A DNA stretch of 64,000 nucleotides from Nemertoderma westbladi (taxonomy: Eukaryota > Animalia > Xenacoelomorpha). The position numbers were made by a program, and so were the translations under genes. This document shows, in pieces, positions 50,501-63,292 of the stretch. The DNA is taken from assembly GCA_032718475.1 (NCBI GenBank), contig JAUCBJ010004063.1, positions 1 to 64,000 of the forward strand, written 5' to 3'. Under the pieces are notes generated by a model. It was given only the letters and a program-made list of their open reading frames with translations, was not told where the DNA came from and did not search any database. Positions within the stretch are counted from its first letter, which is position 1, and each line of letters begins with the position of its first letter.

Positions 50501-53500
50501 GTTAGTATAATAGGAGCTGAGTGGACATCAATCACATGAGTTAGTATAATAGGAGCTGAGTGGACATCAGTCACATGAGTTAGTATAATAGGAGCTGAGT
50601 GGACATCAGTCACATGAGTTAGTATAATAGGAGCTGAGTGGACATCAGTCACATGAGTTAGTATAATAGGAGCTGAGTGGACATCAGTCACATGAGTTAG
50701 TATAATAGGAGCTGAGTGGACATCAGTCACATGAGTTAGTATAATAGGAGCTGAGTGGACATCAGTCACATGAGTTAGTATAATAGGAGCTGAGTGGACA
50801 TCAGTCACATGAGTTAGTATAATAGGAGCTGAGTGGACATCAGTCACATGAGTTAGTATAATAGGAGCTGAGTGGACATCAGTCACATGAGTTAGTATAA
50901 TAGGAGCTGAGTGGACATCAGTCACATGAGTTAGTATAATAGGAGCTGAGTGGACATCAGTCACATGAGTTAGTATAATAGGAGCTGAGTGGACATCAGT
51001 CACATGAGTTAGTATAATAGGAGCTGAGTGGACATCAGTCACATGAGTTAGTATAATAGGAGCTGAGTGGACATCAGTCACATGAGTTAGTATAATAGGA
51101 GCTGAGTGGACATCAGTCACATGAGTTAGTATAATAGGAGCTGAGTGGACATCAGTCACATGAGTTAGTATAATAGGAGCTGAGTGGACATCAGTCACAT
51201 GAGTTAGTATAATAGGAGCTGAGTGGACATCAGTCACATGAGTTAGTATAATAGGAGCTGAGTGGACATCAGTCACATGAGTTAGTATAATAGGAGCTGA
51301 GTGGACATCAGTCACATGAGTTAGTATAATAGGAGCTGAGTGGACATCAGTCACATGAGTTAGTATAATAGGAGCTGAGTGGACATCAGTCACATGAGTT
51401 AGTATAATAGGAGCTGAGTGGACATCAGTCACATGAGTTAGTATAATAGGAGCTGAGTGGACATCAGTCACATGAGTTAGTATAATAGGAGCTGAGTGGA
51501 CATCAGTCACATGAGTTAGTATAATAGGAGCTGAGTGGACATCAGTCACATGAGTTAGTATAATAGGAGCTGAGTGGACATCAGTCACATGAGTTAGTAT
51601 AATAGGAGCTGAGTGGACATCAGTCGCATGAGTTAGTATAATAGGAGCTGAGTGGACATCAGTCACATGAGTTAGTATAATAGGAGCTGAGTGGACATCA
51701 GTCACATGAGTTAGTATAATAGGAGCTGAGTGGACATCAGTCACATGAGTTAGTATAATAGGAGCTGAGTGGACATCAGTCACATGAGTTAGTATAATAG
51801 GAGCTGAGTGGACATCAGTCACATGAGTTAGTATAATAGGAGCTGAGTGGACATCAGTCACATGAGTTAGTATAATAGGAGCTGAGTGGACATCAGTCAC
51901 ATGAGTTAGTATAATAGGAGCTGAGTGGACATCAGTCACATGAGTTAGTATAATAGGAGCTGAGTGGACATCAGTCACATGAGTTAGTATAATAGGAGCT
52001 GAGTGGACATCAGTCACATGAGTTAGTATAATAGGAGCTGAGTGGACATCAGTCACATGAGTTAGTATAATAGGAGCTGAGTGGACATCAGTCACATGAG
52101 TTAGTATAATAGGAGCTGAGTGGACATCAGTCACATGAGTTAGTATAATAGGAGCTGAGTGGACATCAGTCACATGAGTTAGTATAATAGGAGCTGAGTG
52201 GACATCAGTCACATGAGTTAGTATAATAGGAGCTGAGTGGACATCAGTCACATGAGTTAGTATAATAGGAGCTGAGTGGACATCAGTCACATGAGTTAGT
52301 ATAATAGGAGCTGAGTGGACATCAGTCACATGAGTTAGTATAATAGGAGCTGAGTGGACATCAGTCACATGAGTTAGTATAATAGGAGCTGAGTGGACAT
52401 CAGTCACATGAGTTAGTATAATAGGAGCTGAGTGGACATCAGTCACATGAGTTAGTATAATAGGAGCTGAGTGGACATCAGTCACATGAGTTAGTATAAT
52501 AGGAGCTGAGTGGACATCAGTCACATGAGTTAGTATAATAGGAGCTGAGTGGACATCAGTCACATGAGTTAGTATAATAGGAGCTGAGTGGACATCAGTC
52601 ACATGAGTTAGTATAATAGGAGCTGAGTGGACATCAGTCACATGAGTTAGTATAATAGGAGCTGAGTGGACATCAGTCACATGAGTTAGTATAATAGGAG
52701 CTGAGTGGACATCAGTCACATGAGTTAGTATAATAGGAGCTGAGTGGACATCAGTCACATGAGTTAGTATAATAGGAGCTGAGTGGACATCAGTCACATG
52801 AGTTAGTATAATAGGAGCTGAGTGGACATCAGTCACATGAGTTAGTATAATAGGAGCTGAGTGGACATCAATCACATGAGTTAGTATAATAGGAGCTGAG
52901 TGGACATCAATCACATGAGTTAGTATAATAGGAGCTGAGTGGACATCAATCACATGAGTTAGTATAATAGGAGCTGAGTGGACATCAGTCACATGAGTTA
53001 GTATAATAGGAGCTGAGTGGACATCAATCACATGAGTTAGTATAATAGGAGCTGAGTGGACATCCGTCACATGAGTTAGTATAATAGGAGCTGAGTGGAC
53101 ATCAATCACATGAGTTAGTATAATAGGAGCTGAGTGGACATCAGTCACATGAGTTAGTATAATAGGAGCTGAGTGGACATCAATCACATGAGTTAGTATA
53201 ATAGGAGCTGAGTGGACATCAGTCACATGAGTTAGTATAATAGGAGCTGAGTGGACATCAGTCACATGAGTTAGTATAATAGGAGCTGAGTGGACATCAG
53301 TCACATGAGTTAGTATAATAGGAGCTGAGTGGACATCAGTCACATGAGTTAGTATAATAGGAGCTGAGTGGACATCAGTCACATGAGTTAGTATAATAGG
53401 AGCTGAGTGGACATCAATCACATGAGTTAGTATAATAGGAGCTGAGTGGACATCAGTCACATGAGTTAGTATAATAGGAGCTGAGTGGACATCAGTCACA

Positions 53501-54841
53501 TGAGTTAGTATAATAGGAGCTGAGTGGACATCAGTCACATGAGTTAGTATAATAGGAGCTGAGTGGACATCAATCACATGAGTTAGTATAATAGGAGCTG
53601 AGTGGACATCAGTCACATGAGTTAGTATAATAGGAGCTGAGTGGACATCAGTCACATGAGTTAGTATAATAGGAGCTGAGTGGACATCAGTCACATGAGT
53701 TAGTATAATAGGAGCTGAGTGGACATCAGTCACATGAGTTAGTATAATAGGAGCTGAGTGGACATCAGTCACATGAGTTAGTATAATAGGAGCTGAGTGG
53801 ACATCAGTCACATGAGTTAGTATAATAGGAGCTGAGTGGACATCAGTCACATGAGTTAGTATAATAGGAGCTGAGTGGACATCAGTCACATGAGTTAGTA
53901 TAATAGGAGCTGAGTGGACATCAGTCACATGAGTTAGTATAATAGGAGCTGAGTGGACATCAGTCACATGAGTTAGTATAATAGGCGCTGAGTGGACATC
54001 AGTCACATGAGTTTGTATAATAGGAGCTGAGTGGACATCAATCACATGAGTTAGTATAATAGGAGCTGAGTGGACATCAATCACATGAGTTAGTATAATA
54101 GGAGCTGAGTGGACATCAGTCACATGAGTTAGTATAATAGGAGCTGAGTGGACATCAATCACATGAGTTAGTATAATAGGAGCTGAGTGGACATCAGTCA
54201 CATGAGTTAGTATAATAGGAGCTGAGTGGACATCAGTCACATGAGTTATTCTAATAGGAGCTGAGTGGACATCAGTCACATGAGTTATTCTAATAGGAGC
54301 TGAGTGGACATCAATCACATGAGTTAGTATAATAGGAGCTGAGTGGACATCAGTCACATGAGTTAGTATAATAGAGCTGAGTGGACATCAGTCACATGAG
54401 TTTCTATAATAGGAGTTGAGTGGACATCAGTCACATGAGTTAGTATAATAGGAGCTGAGTGGACATCAGTCACATGAGTTAGTATAATAGGAGTTGAGTG
54501 GACATCAGTCACATGAGTTTCTATAATAGGAGTTGAGTGGACATCAGTCACATGAGTTAGTATAATAGGAGCTGAGTGGACATCAGTCACATGAGTTAGT
54601 ATAATAGGAGCTGAGTGGACATCAGTCACATGAGTTAGTATAATAGGAGCTGAGTGGACATCAGTCACATGAGTTAGTGTACTCGGAGCTGAGTGGACAT
54701 CAGTCACATGAGTTAGTATAATAGGAGCTGAGTGGACATCAATCACATGAGTTAGTATAATAGGAGCTGAGTGGACATCAATCACATGAGTTAGTATAAT
54801 AGGAGCTGAGTGGACATCAGTTACATGAGTTAGTATAATAG
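50475..54841 (+). repeat. 39-bp satellite (about 112 copies) made of the exon-3 end and its splice donor
   Basis: Unit GAGCTGAGTGGACATCAGTCACATGA|GTTAGTATAATAG. The first copy overlaps coding exon 3. Confidence 0.98.
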
Positions 54842-54910
54842 AAACTTGGTGGGGTGGTATAAATGTTATATTAATTTTTTTCGGTTTTTAATAATCAGTT
54901 TACTAATCAG

Positions 54911-55369
54911 GGAGGATGAAGCGGAACGCTTGAAGAAAGAAGAGAAAGCAAAAAAGAAACAGGATAAAAAGTTGAAAAAGAAGGAGAAAAAGAAAGCCAA
55001 AAAGGAAAAAAAGAAAGCGAAAAAAGCAAAGAAAAAGGAAGAGAAAAAGAAGAAGAAAGCGGAGCGAGAGGAGAGGCGTGAGCGAGGAGAAACAGTTAGC
55101 AGCGACAAAAGCAGCAGTTCCGGTAGCAGCAGTAGCAGCAGCAGTTCTAGTTCTAGTTCATCTAAAAGTTCTAAGAAATCAAAAGAAATAGTTGACGATT
55201 GGTTGAAGCAGAACAGGTCCGCACCGGTAGTGCAAGAAGTTCAAGAAGAGCGTCGTGGGCGGAGTACGTCACCGTACGTTGCTAGGACGTATCCACGGTA
55301 CTATAGTCCCTACCGACACTACAGTCCCTTCTGGGCAACGCGAGAAGCAGAGAGGATATACAGGAAGGC
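54911..55369 (+). CDS. SPATA18: SPATA18 exon 4 (Lys-rich, Ser-rich, RSP/Y-rich)
   Basis: Acceptor tactaatcAG, donor ggc|GTAAGT. Phase 2-2 joins exons 3 and 5 in frame. 153 stop-free codons. Confidence 0.8.
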
Positions 55370-55680
55370 GTAAGTCCTACTGTTACCATAACAACCAGCG
55401 CTTCTCAAACTAATCCTCCACTGTTTCCACTCCTCTCGCTCCGCTTTCTGGCGTCGCCGACTAACTCAGCTGTTGTTCCGAATTTAGATGTTGGATTATT
55501 TGTATTTTTCAATTAATACACTTAATATTTTTATCAAATGCTTCAACAACATTAACATTATTGTTGATAACGCGGTGTAATGTATCTTCACAATGCGTAA
55601 TGGGGTGAATAATGAGGTAATATTACAGTCACTCCTGTGTTCTGTTAATGATGCTTGAAAAATTTGCTTACTAATGTAAC

Positions 55681-56860
55681 TAGGGATGTGCCGGATTGAC
55701 TATTTTCAAACCAGCCAGCCTGGAGCCGGAGCCGGATTTGTAAAAAAATTCCGGCCAAGCCGGATTTTTTTATATGTCACCACTTTTTTCCTTGAATCAG
55801 CTATATGGTAGGTGCCTTTGTGAATGAACAGAAATGGAGGGAGTGAGGGTATCATTTGGTCCTTTGGGCGTTAGGTACTGCATTGATAGATAACGTGCTG
55901 GATCATTATCAGCAATGGACTTTGACTTTAATAAGAAATCAGAAGTAGATTAGTAAGTATATGTCAATTATCCCAACTAAACGGGACGAGAAGGGCGTTT
56001 TGCGTTGGTTGGCTGCAAATAAGGAATCATCTTGTACATATATTTAGTATCACCAGCACTTCAATTTATTCCGAGCGAATTTTTGTAGAGGCTGGTAATG
56101 TATTTTTTGATGAGAATCGCTCTCGTATGCTTCCGGATCGTGGAGATAAACTTATATTTTTGTACCATAACCTACGCCGATTTGATATTTGATATAATGG
56201 ATTGATTTGATAAATAAAGTGCAAATTGAAAAATAGAACGAAGAAATACAGTAGCTGTAGTTTTTTTATACTCTCTGAGTTAAATTGGATTTACTAAGAG
56301 TTTCTAAATTGCCTGTCGAATATATAAACTGGTCATTCACGCTGGTAAGCTTAATATCAATTTATAACAAACCTAGCTAGCTAGACCTAACATCAACGCT
56401 TGCGCGCTGGGACTATATAGTAATTATTGACTAGTTATAATTAGTATAATGGCCATACATGTACTATTTATTAAATATTAACGTTTGTTAGTGAGGCTGA
56501 GCCCAACCAAATACAAATATTATTGGTAAAAACTAGTCAGTCAGCTCAGCATGTAGATAGTCATAAAATTATAGAGCTCTGCTTTTTAGACTTTATCATG
56601 GTCATAATATGAATGAATATGATATAAACTATGAAAAATTTGTATTGTATTCCGTTGTATTTGCTTATGTTTAAATTTGTTTGAATTTAATAGAAAATTT
56701 TTTTGATGTTATTTTCGAAAATTTACATTAATTGTAAATTTTGTCAACAATTCCTTGAAATCCGGCCAAAAAAATTTAAATCCGGCCGGAGCCGGAACCG
56801 GATATTTTTCTCAAAATCCGGCCGGAATTCCGGCCCGGCCGGATATCCGGCACACCCCTA
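55681..56860 (+). mobile_element. hAT deletion derivative in SPATA18 intron 4
   Basis: TIR TAGGGATGTGCCGGAT / ATCCGGCACACCCCTA. TSD AATGTAAC / AAGGTAAC. Remnant TSIYSERIFVEAGNVFFDENRSRMLPDRGDKLIFLYHNL matches the hAT dimerisation domain. CCGG-rich subtermini. Confidence 0.88.
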
Positions 56861-56978
56861 AAGGTAACCTTTCGAATAATTTTTATAAATTTAAACTTCA
56901 ATTGTTAATTTACTCATAATAATAATGTGAAATGTTATGTATAATTTGTATAGTACTTTATTTTCTATTGTTATTTAG

Positions 56979-57098
56979 GGTTCAATCAGTAGAGACCAAA
57001 AAGGATCGAAGCTCTTCACAAGTCGTGGACGAATATGACTTCCAAATAAGCAAAATGAAGCATGAATTAGAATATCTGAGAGCCGAGAGGGACGATGT
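56979..57098 (+). CDS. SPATA18: SPATA18 exon 5 (coiled coil)
   Basis: VQSVETKKDRSSSQVVDEYDFQISKMKHELEYLRAERDD aligns with SDYKKQLRNLKEEIAVLSAEK. Acceptor ttatttAG, donor GTAAGT, phase 2-2. Confidence 0.85.
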
Positions 57099-57402
57099 GT
57101 AAGTTTGACGCAAATTTTACATAAATAACCTGACTACAGTAGTTTTACTTAAAAAAAATAAATAGGAATTGAGTAGGTATATTGTATTGTTAACAGGACG
57201 CTATTTAAATTTAATCATGTTATTTTAAATTTGTTATTCACGTTATGTAAGACAGCAGCTTCCATTAACTATAGCCTGGAAATTTGTATCAAGGAGTTCT
57301 CCAGAGATTGCATTATCATCATATTAAATAACATTGAATTTTCTCTGCAATTAGGTGTCTTTGTGAATCTCGCATACGCTTTGGCAAACCTTTATGTACG
57401 AC

Positions 57403-58033
57403 ATTATTCAAGTGGCGGTAGTCCATCAGTGTGTGTTAATTATTCAAGTGGCGGTAGTCTATCAGTATGTGTTAATTATTCAAGTGGCGGTAGTCTATCA
57501 GTATGTGTTAATTATTCAAGTGGCGGTAGTCTATTAGTGTGTGTTAATTATTCAAGTGACAGTAGTCTATCAGTATGTGTTAATTATTCAAGTGGCAGTA
57601 GTCTATCAGTATGTGTTAATTATTCAAGTGGCAGTAGTCTATCAGTATGTGTTAATTATTCAAGTGGCGGTAGTCTATTAGTGTGTGTTAATTATTCAAG
57701 TGGCGGTAGTCTATTAGTGTGTGTTAATTATTCAAGTGACAGTAGTCTATCAGTATGTGTTAATTATTCAAGTGGCAATAGTCTATCAGTATGTGTTAAT
57801 TATTCAAGTGGCAGTAGTCTATTAGTGTGTGTTAATTATTCAAGTGGCGGTAGTCTATCAGTATGTGTTAATTATTCCAGTGGCAGTAGTCTATTAGTGT
57901 GTGTTAATTATTCAAGTTCAAGTAGCGGTAGTCCATCAATGTGTGTTAATTATTCAAGTGACAGTAGTCTATTAGTGTGTGTTAATTATTCAAGTGGCGG
58001 TAGTCTATCAGTATGTGTTAATTATTCCAGTGG
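57403..58033 (+). repeat. 36-bp tandem array, about 17 copies
   Basis: Unit AATTATTCAAGTGGCGGTAGTCTATCAGTATGTGTT. Confidence 0.95.
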
Positions 58034-58384
58034 ATAGAAAAAGACAAAAAAATCTGAGATATTTGAGTTCATTCTGCACTCAGGCAGTAGGTAGTATTGT
58101 GGTTTATTTAAAATTGGGATTGTTGACTTGATTTTAGGTTTAATTAATTTATTTCTTTTAGTTTAATGAAAATACTACAATAGTTTATGAAATAACGAGT
58201 AAGACTTTTGGGAACGAAAGTTTTTATTACATTATTTCGTTTATTAGATAAGTTGTGTAAATGAACTGCCTAGAATATTTCACCAGCCGAAATTGTAATA
58301 AGAATGATTAAGTCGTTAATTGTTAGCCAATTTCCATTGCCCTGGAAACTTAATTGGTAACGCAAAATTTAGTGAATCGATAGT

Positions 58385-58614
58385 CTCGGACTCGGACTCG
58401 GACTCGGACTCGGACTCGTACTCGTACTCGGACTCGGACTCGGACTCGGACTCGGAATCGGACTCGGACTCGGACTAGGACTCGGACTCGGACTCGGACT
58501 CGGACTCGGACTCGGACTCGGACTCGGACTCGGACTCGGGCTCGGACTCGGACTAGGACTCGGACTTGGAATCAGACTCGGACTCGGACTCGGACTAGGA
58601 CTCGGACTCGGACT
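58385..58614 (+). repeat. (GGACTC)n hexanucleotide microsatellite, about 38 copies
   Basis: Directly visible. It gives the (SP)n ORF on the minus strand. Confidence 0.97.
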
Positions 58615-59457
58615 AAAGTTTTTTGCACCAAATTTGGGGAAAATTAACCAATTTACCTTGTCGTTATTTACAGTAAAATCCATGTAGCTAAGGAAAAAAA
58701 CATGAAATTGAAAGTGTTAATAAGGTCCGACTTTTAGCTAGATGGTGTTTTTTTTTCTTATATTTGACGGACAGATTGTCGGATAGTTGTGCGCCTACGT
58801 AGAACAATGCGTATAGACGCAATATAAATATATTATTATTAGTATTATAGTCAGATAGACCGACAGACAGACATACACGTTGTGGGGTCTTCGAGCAGCA
58901 CGTGTTCAAATGTTCAATGACTGAGCAGCGACTAATTAACAAATTTATGAGAGATTCATTGACCAGCTACCGACAGACCAATATTGTGACATATATTTTA
59001 GTTTAATGTTTGATTCAATTAGAGGCACAAATTAAAAAGGCTACAAATATATAGGGGTGAATAATTAAATTAGTCACCCATTTAGGCCTAAAAGGTAGCC
59101 AAATATAAGTTGCAATCTATATAAATTTTTAAATTCAGTAGTGTGGGTGTGTTGTGTATTGATTCCGTAGATTTAATGTTGAAATAGCGTTCATTAATTT
59201 AATTTCTATTTAATGATTCATGCATACTAATACACACATTAAATTAGTTCGTGTGTGGTAAGTGTGTAAGATTTGATTGTTTCGTCACGAACCCATTAGG
59301 GCACAGAAACTGACGGATTCTTCGCGAATTTCGCAAACGTCGCAAACTTCGGGAATTTGTTCTACAATTTTGACTCCTTAAGCAAAAGGGTCCCGAATGA
59401 GTTTTTTAACCTTTATTTTTTGTGATTTTGAGTGCTTTTTTTATACTAGTGAATATT

Positions 59458-59810
59458 ACGCTGATGGCGAGCCATCAGCGAACTGATATAATTATACTAT
59501 GGCCGTTTCTCAAAAGTCTGTGTGTGACGTGTGTGTGTGTGTGTGTGTGTGTGTCGGTAGCCATAAATGTCGGAAGCCATAATCGAAGTTAATATCTTCA
59601 GCTAAATTGTAGGGTTGAATCGAATTATTTCGATTCTTCTATCGGTAATTAATTATTTAGGGGGGTAACATTTATTCCATCTGGTATAAAATTAACATGG
59701 GTAGATTCGCCGTGTCCCATTCTATCAAAGTCTTTACTTTATACTCGAGATTAATGTCAAGTTTTATAGTTATTATATATTTATAGTTATAGTATTTATA
59801 GTTTTATAGT
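59458..59810 (+). mobile_element. HINE/Helentron-like fragment bracketed by a 95-bp direct duplication
   Basis: Starts with a GCTGATGGC-GA-GCCATCAGC hairpin, then (GT)n. Direct repeats at 59363-59457 and 59811-59905. An inverted near-identical copy lies at about 61517-61770. Confidence 0.65.
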
Positions 59811-60459
59811 TACAATTTTGACTCCTTAAGCAAAAGGGTCCCGAATGAGTTTTTTAACCTTTATTTTTTGTGATTTTGATTGCTTTTTTTATACTAGTGA
59901 ATATTCTAGAACCTTAGTAGATTTTTAATGGTATATAGCTAGTATTTTTTACTAGCTAGTAATTTTTGGAAATTATTTTGGTCATTAATATATTCTTCAA
60001 CAGTTTAACCTGAAATATCATGGACTTTCACATTTTTTATAATTTCAAAAAATACTAGCTAGCAAAAAATCACTAGCTATCATAAAAAACATATCTACTA
60101 ATGTTGTAGAACTTTCACCAATACCAAAAAAATTAAAAAACTCTAAAAAAGGATTGGTGAAAAATGGCTGGGGTGTCGACAGGGCGAAGTAGGGACCGTG
60201 TTGCTTAACCCCTTAGAGCCTATGACGTCCACTGCACGTCACAATGGACAGCACGAAGACGTGCAGTGGACGTCATGCTGGAATACATGTTTTATTGGAA
60301 GGCTCTTGGAGTAGGTATACTGGTGGATAGTATTACTGACATTTATTGCTCTTCGTGGCAAAAAATCCATTCTGTACTGTAGATAGGCTGTATTGTAGAC
60401 TGTATTATTAGTGTTAGGTATATGGCGTAATGCCAACCACAGTACAGTAGTTCAGACTG

Positions 60460-60992
60460 ACAGAGAGACCGACAGACAGACAGACTAGATTTATGTAAAC
60501 GTGTAAACTGACATCAGAAATGAAATCAGCAACCCTTAAACCCCCATAGCGAGAATGTTGGTTAGTTAGTATACTTTCTTACGTTTTCACAGACTGACTG
60601 ACAGAAAGACCGACAGCCAGACAGACTAGATTTTTTTTAAACGTGAAAACTGACATCTGAAATAAACTTAGCACCCATTAAAACCCCCATAACAATAATG
60701 TTAGTTAGTTTGTATTCTTTTTTAAGTTTTGACAGACTGACTGACTGACAGAAAGACCGACAAACAGACAGTCTAGATTTATATAAACCTGAAAACTGAC
60801 ATCAGAAATGAAATCAGCACCCCTTAAAACCCCCATAGCGAGAATGTTAGTTAATTTGAATTCTCTTTTATGTTTTGACAGACTGACTGACAGAATGACC
60901 GACAGACAGACAGACTAGATTTATGTAAACGTGAAAACTGACATCAGAAATGTAATCAGCACTCCTTAAAACCCCCATAGTGAGAATGTTAG
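60460..60992 (+). repeat. About 120-bp tandem repeats with (GACA)n, 4-5 copies
   Basis: Units GACAGACTAGATTT...AAACTGACATCAGAAATGAAATCAGCA...AAACCCCCATAG. Related motifs occur at about 2860-3050 and 48760-48900. Confidence 0.8.
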
Positions 60993-61735
60993 CGACAAGT
61001 TTTAATTATTAACCATATTTCGTAAGATATATTTTAAAACATTTATTTATTAATAATGCAATAACTGAATAACCAGATAACGGAACGACAAACCGAATTG
61101 AAACTTTTAATTACTAATAATAATTGTGGTGAGAGGTGATGGAAATCAAGGATATATGTTGTTATGTTATGGAGCACGCGTTGGTAGGCACAGACAGGCA
61201 ATGAATTGATGTCTGTTGAGATGTATTGAAGGAGCACTATTCCTTCATTAGTAATAATATTAATGTCATTGAATAACTGATACCTAAACACACACACACC
61301 CCCCCGTCAGCCAGTTCTATGGAGAGTGAGTGAATTGATAGGGAATTAATGCTATCCTACCATCCCCAACCAGCAGCAGTCTGCCTCTAACAGGCCAGGA
61401 CATTCTCAGCGTTGCTAAGACACGGGAAGGAATTACTCCGTATTGACTGTCATTAGGCGGTTAGAGCCTGCGTGTGAATTAATTGATAAAAATGCAATTT
61501 TAATTGTAAATCAATAAATAACTATAAAACTTGACATTAATCTCGAGTATAAAGTAAAGACTTTGATAGAATGGGACACGGCGAATCTACCCATGTTAAT
61601 TTTATACCAGATGGGATAAATGTTACCCCCCTAAATAATTAATTACCGATAGAAGAATCGAAATAATTCGATTCAACCCTACAATTTAGCTGAAGATATT
61701 AACTTCGATTATGGCTTCCGACATTTATGGCTACC

Positions 61736-61776
<41 letters not shown>

Positions 61777-62166
61777 CCGCCATGGTTCTTTCACACACTG
61801 AATTTTGAATTTTACTAACTGTAAAATTCATTATATCTTCACATCAACAATTTGCAGAGTTTGTGTCATGTTTTTTTCACACACGAAATGAAAATTACAA
61901 AACATCTGCTAAGGGGCGTCGGAGGGGTGGTTGCGATGTGTGTGTGACTTTATAATTTTTTGCATTGTATGTGTTATTTACAAATTCCCGCTTTCTGGTT
62001 ATTTCTGCTACTTTCTACCTTATCCAAGTATTTACCGAGTGCCGAGCCGGTGAGGTAAATATAACAAAATACATAAATAATAATAAATAAAATAAATATA
62101 AATACATAATTTGAATAATTTATAATCGAACATGATTTATTCAAGTTTGTTCTAATTGGCCATTTT

Positions 62167-63292
62167 GGAAGCAGGACAATTCGGTCCCGGACAATTCGGT
62201 CCGGACAATTCGGTCCCGGACAATTCGGTCCCGGACAATTCGGTCCCATTAATTTTATGTTTTGGGATCGAATTGTCCGGGACCGAATTGTCCGGGACCG
62301 AATTGTCCGGGACCGAATTGTCCGGATACTGACCAGGACAATTCGGTCCCAAAACATGCATATTAATGGGACCGAATTGTCCGGGACCGAATTGTCCGGG
62401 ACCGAATTGTCCGGGACCGAATTGTCCGGGACCAAATTTAATTGGTACTGTACTATATAATGGAGAATGTTCTAGAACCTTAATATATATTATTATATGG
62501 TAGCTAGTGTTTTTTTTACTAGCTAGTATTTTTTTTTAAATAAAAAAAATTACTTTTTTTTGTTAACATTATTATTTATGGTAGCTATGGTGTTTTATGG
62601 AGCTTGTGAATTATTTACTAGCTAGTAATAGTAGTATGTATTTAAAATGTTTAAAGCTGATATTTTTTATATACTGCGTAAGTATACTGTACTGTATGTG
62701 TTGTTGGTTGGTTAACAAGCCTAAATTATTATCCCAGATAATAGCTGGATCTCATTCAGGGACTGTTATAATATCATCAATATTGTTGGTAATTAATATA
62801 ATCAGCTAAACCTATAATAATACATACATAATAATAATACACCTATAATACACCTATAACTAGCTACACCTTAATAAATAATATATAATAATGTTCTCGA
62901 ACACTACCAATAACAAAAATAAAAAAAAGTACAGTATTTTTAAAATTTCAAAAAATTCTAGCAAGTAAATAACACTAGCTACCATAACAAATATCTCTAC
63001 TAATGTTCTAGAACATTCACCAATATCAAAAAGCACTAAAAAGTTGCTATCAGGAACCGGACAATTCGGTCCCGGACAATTCGGTCCCGGACAATTCGGT
63101 CCCGGACAATTCGGTCCTAGGACAATTCGGTCCTAGGACAATTCGGTCCCTGACAATTCGGTCCCGGACAATTCGGTCCCATTTATTTAGTGTTTTGGGA
63201 CCGAATTGTCCGGGACCGAATTGTCCGGGACCGAATTGTCCGGACCGAATTGTCCTGGACCGAATTGTCCGGGACCGAATTGTCCTACATCC
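62167..63292. mobile_element. Composite Mutator-like element built of 15-bp repeat foldback modules
   Basis: Termini GGA...TCC. 9-bp TSD GGCCATTTT (62158-62166, 63293-63301). GGACAATTCGGTCCC arrays in alternating orientation flank about 600 bp of unrelated AT-rich DNA. Confidence 0.85.

Noticed and set aside
50422-54357. 1311-aa minus-strand ORF (THVTDVHSAPIIL)n
   Set aside because: Stop-free frame of a 39-bp satellite inside a SPATA18 intron. It has no non-repetitive domain and no synonymous-biased variation.
50501-54841. 13-nt GT...AG segments as real ultra-short introns
   Set aside because: Shorter than known spliceosomal introns, with no branch point or pyrimidine tract. Removing them leaves 26-nt pieces that shift frame.
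58369-58683. (SP)n ORF as the RS/SP-rich region of Mieap
   Set aside because: It is on the opposite strand to SPATA18. Plus-strand frames give GL/DS/TR repeats with no convincing splice sites.
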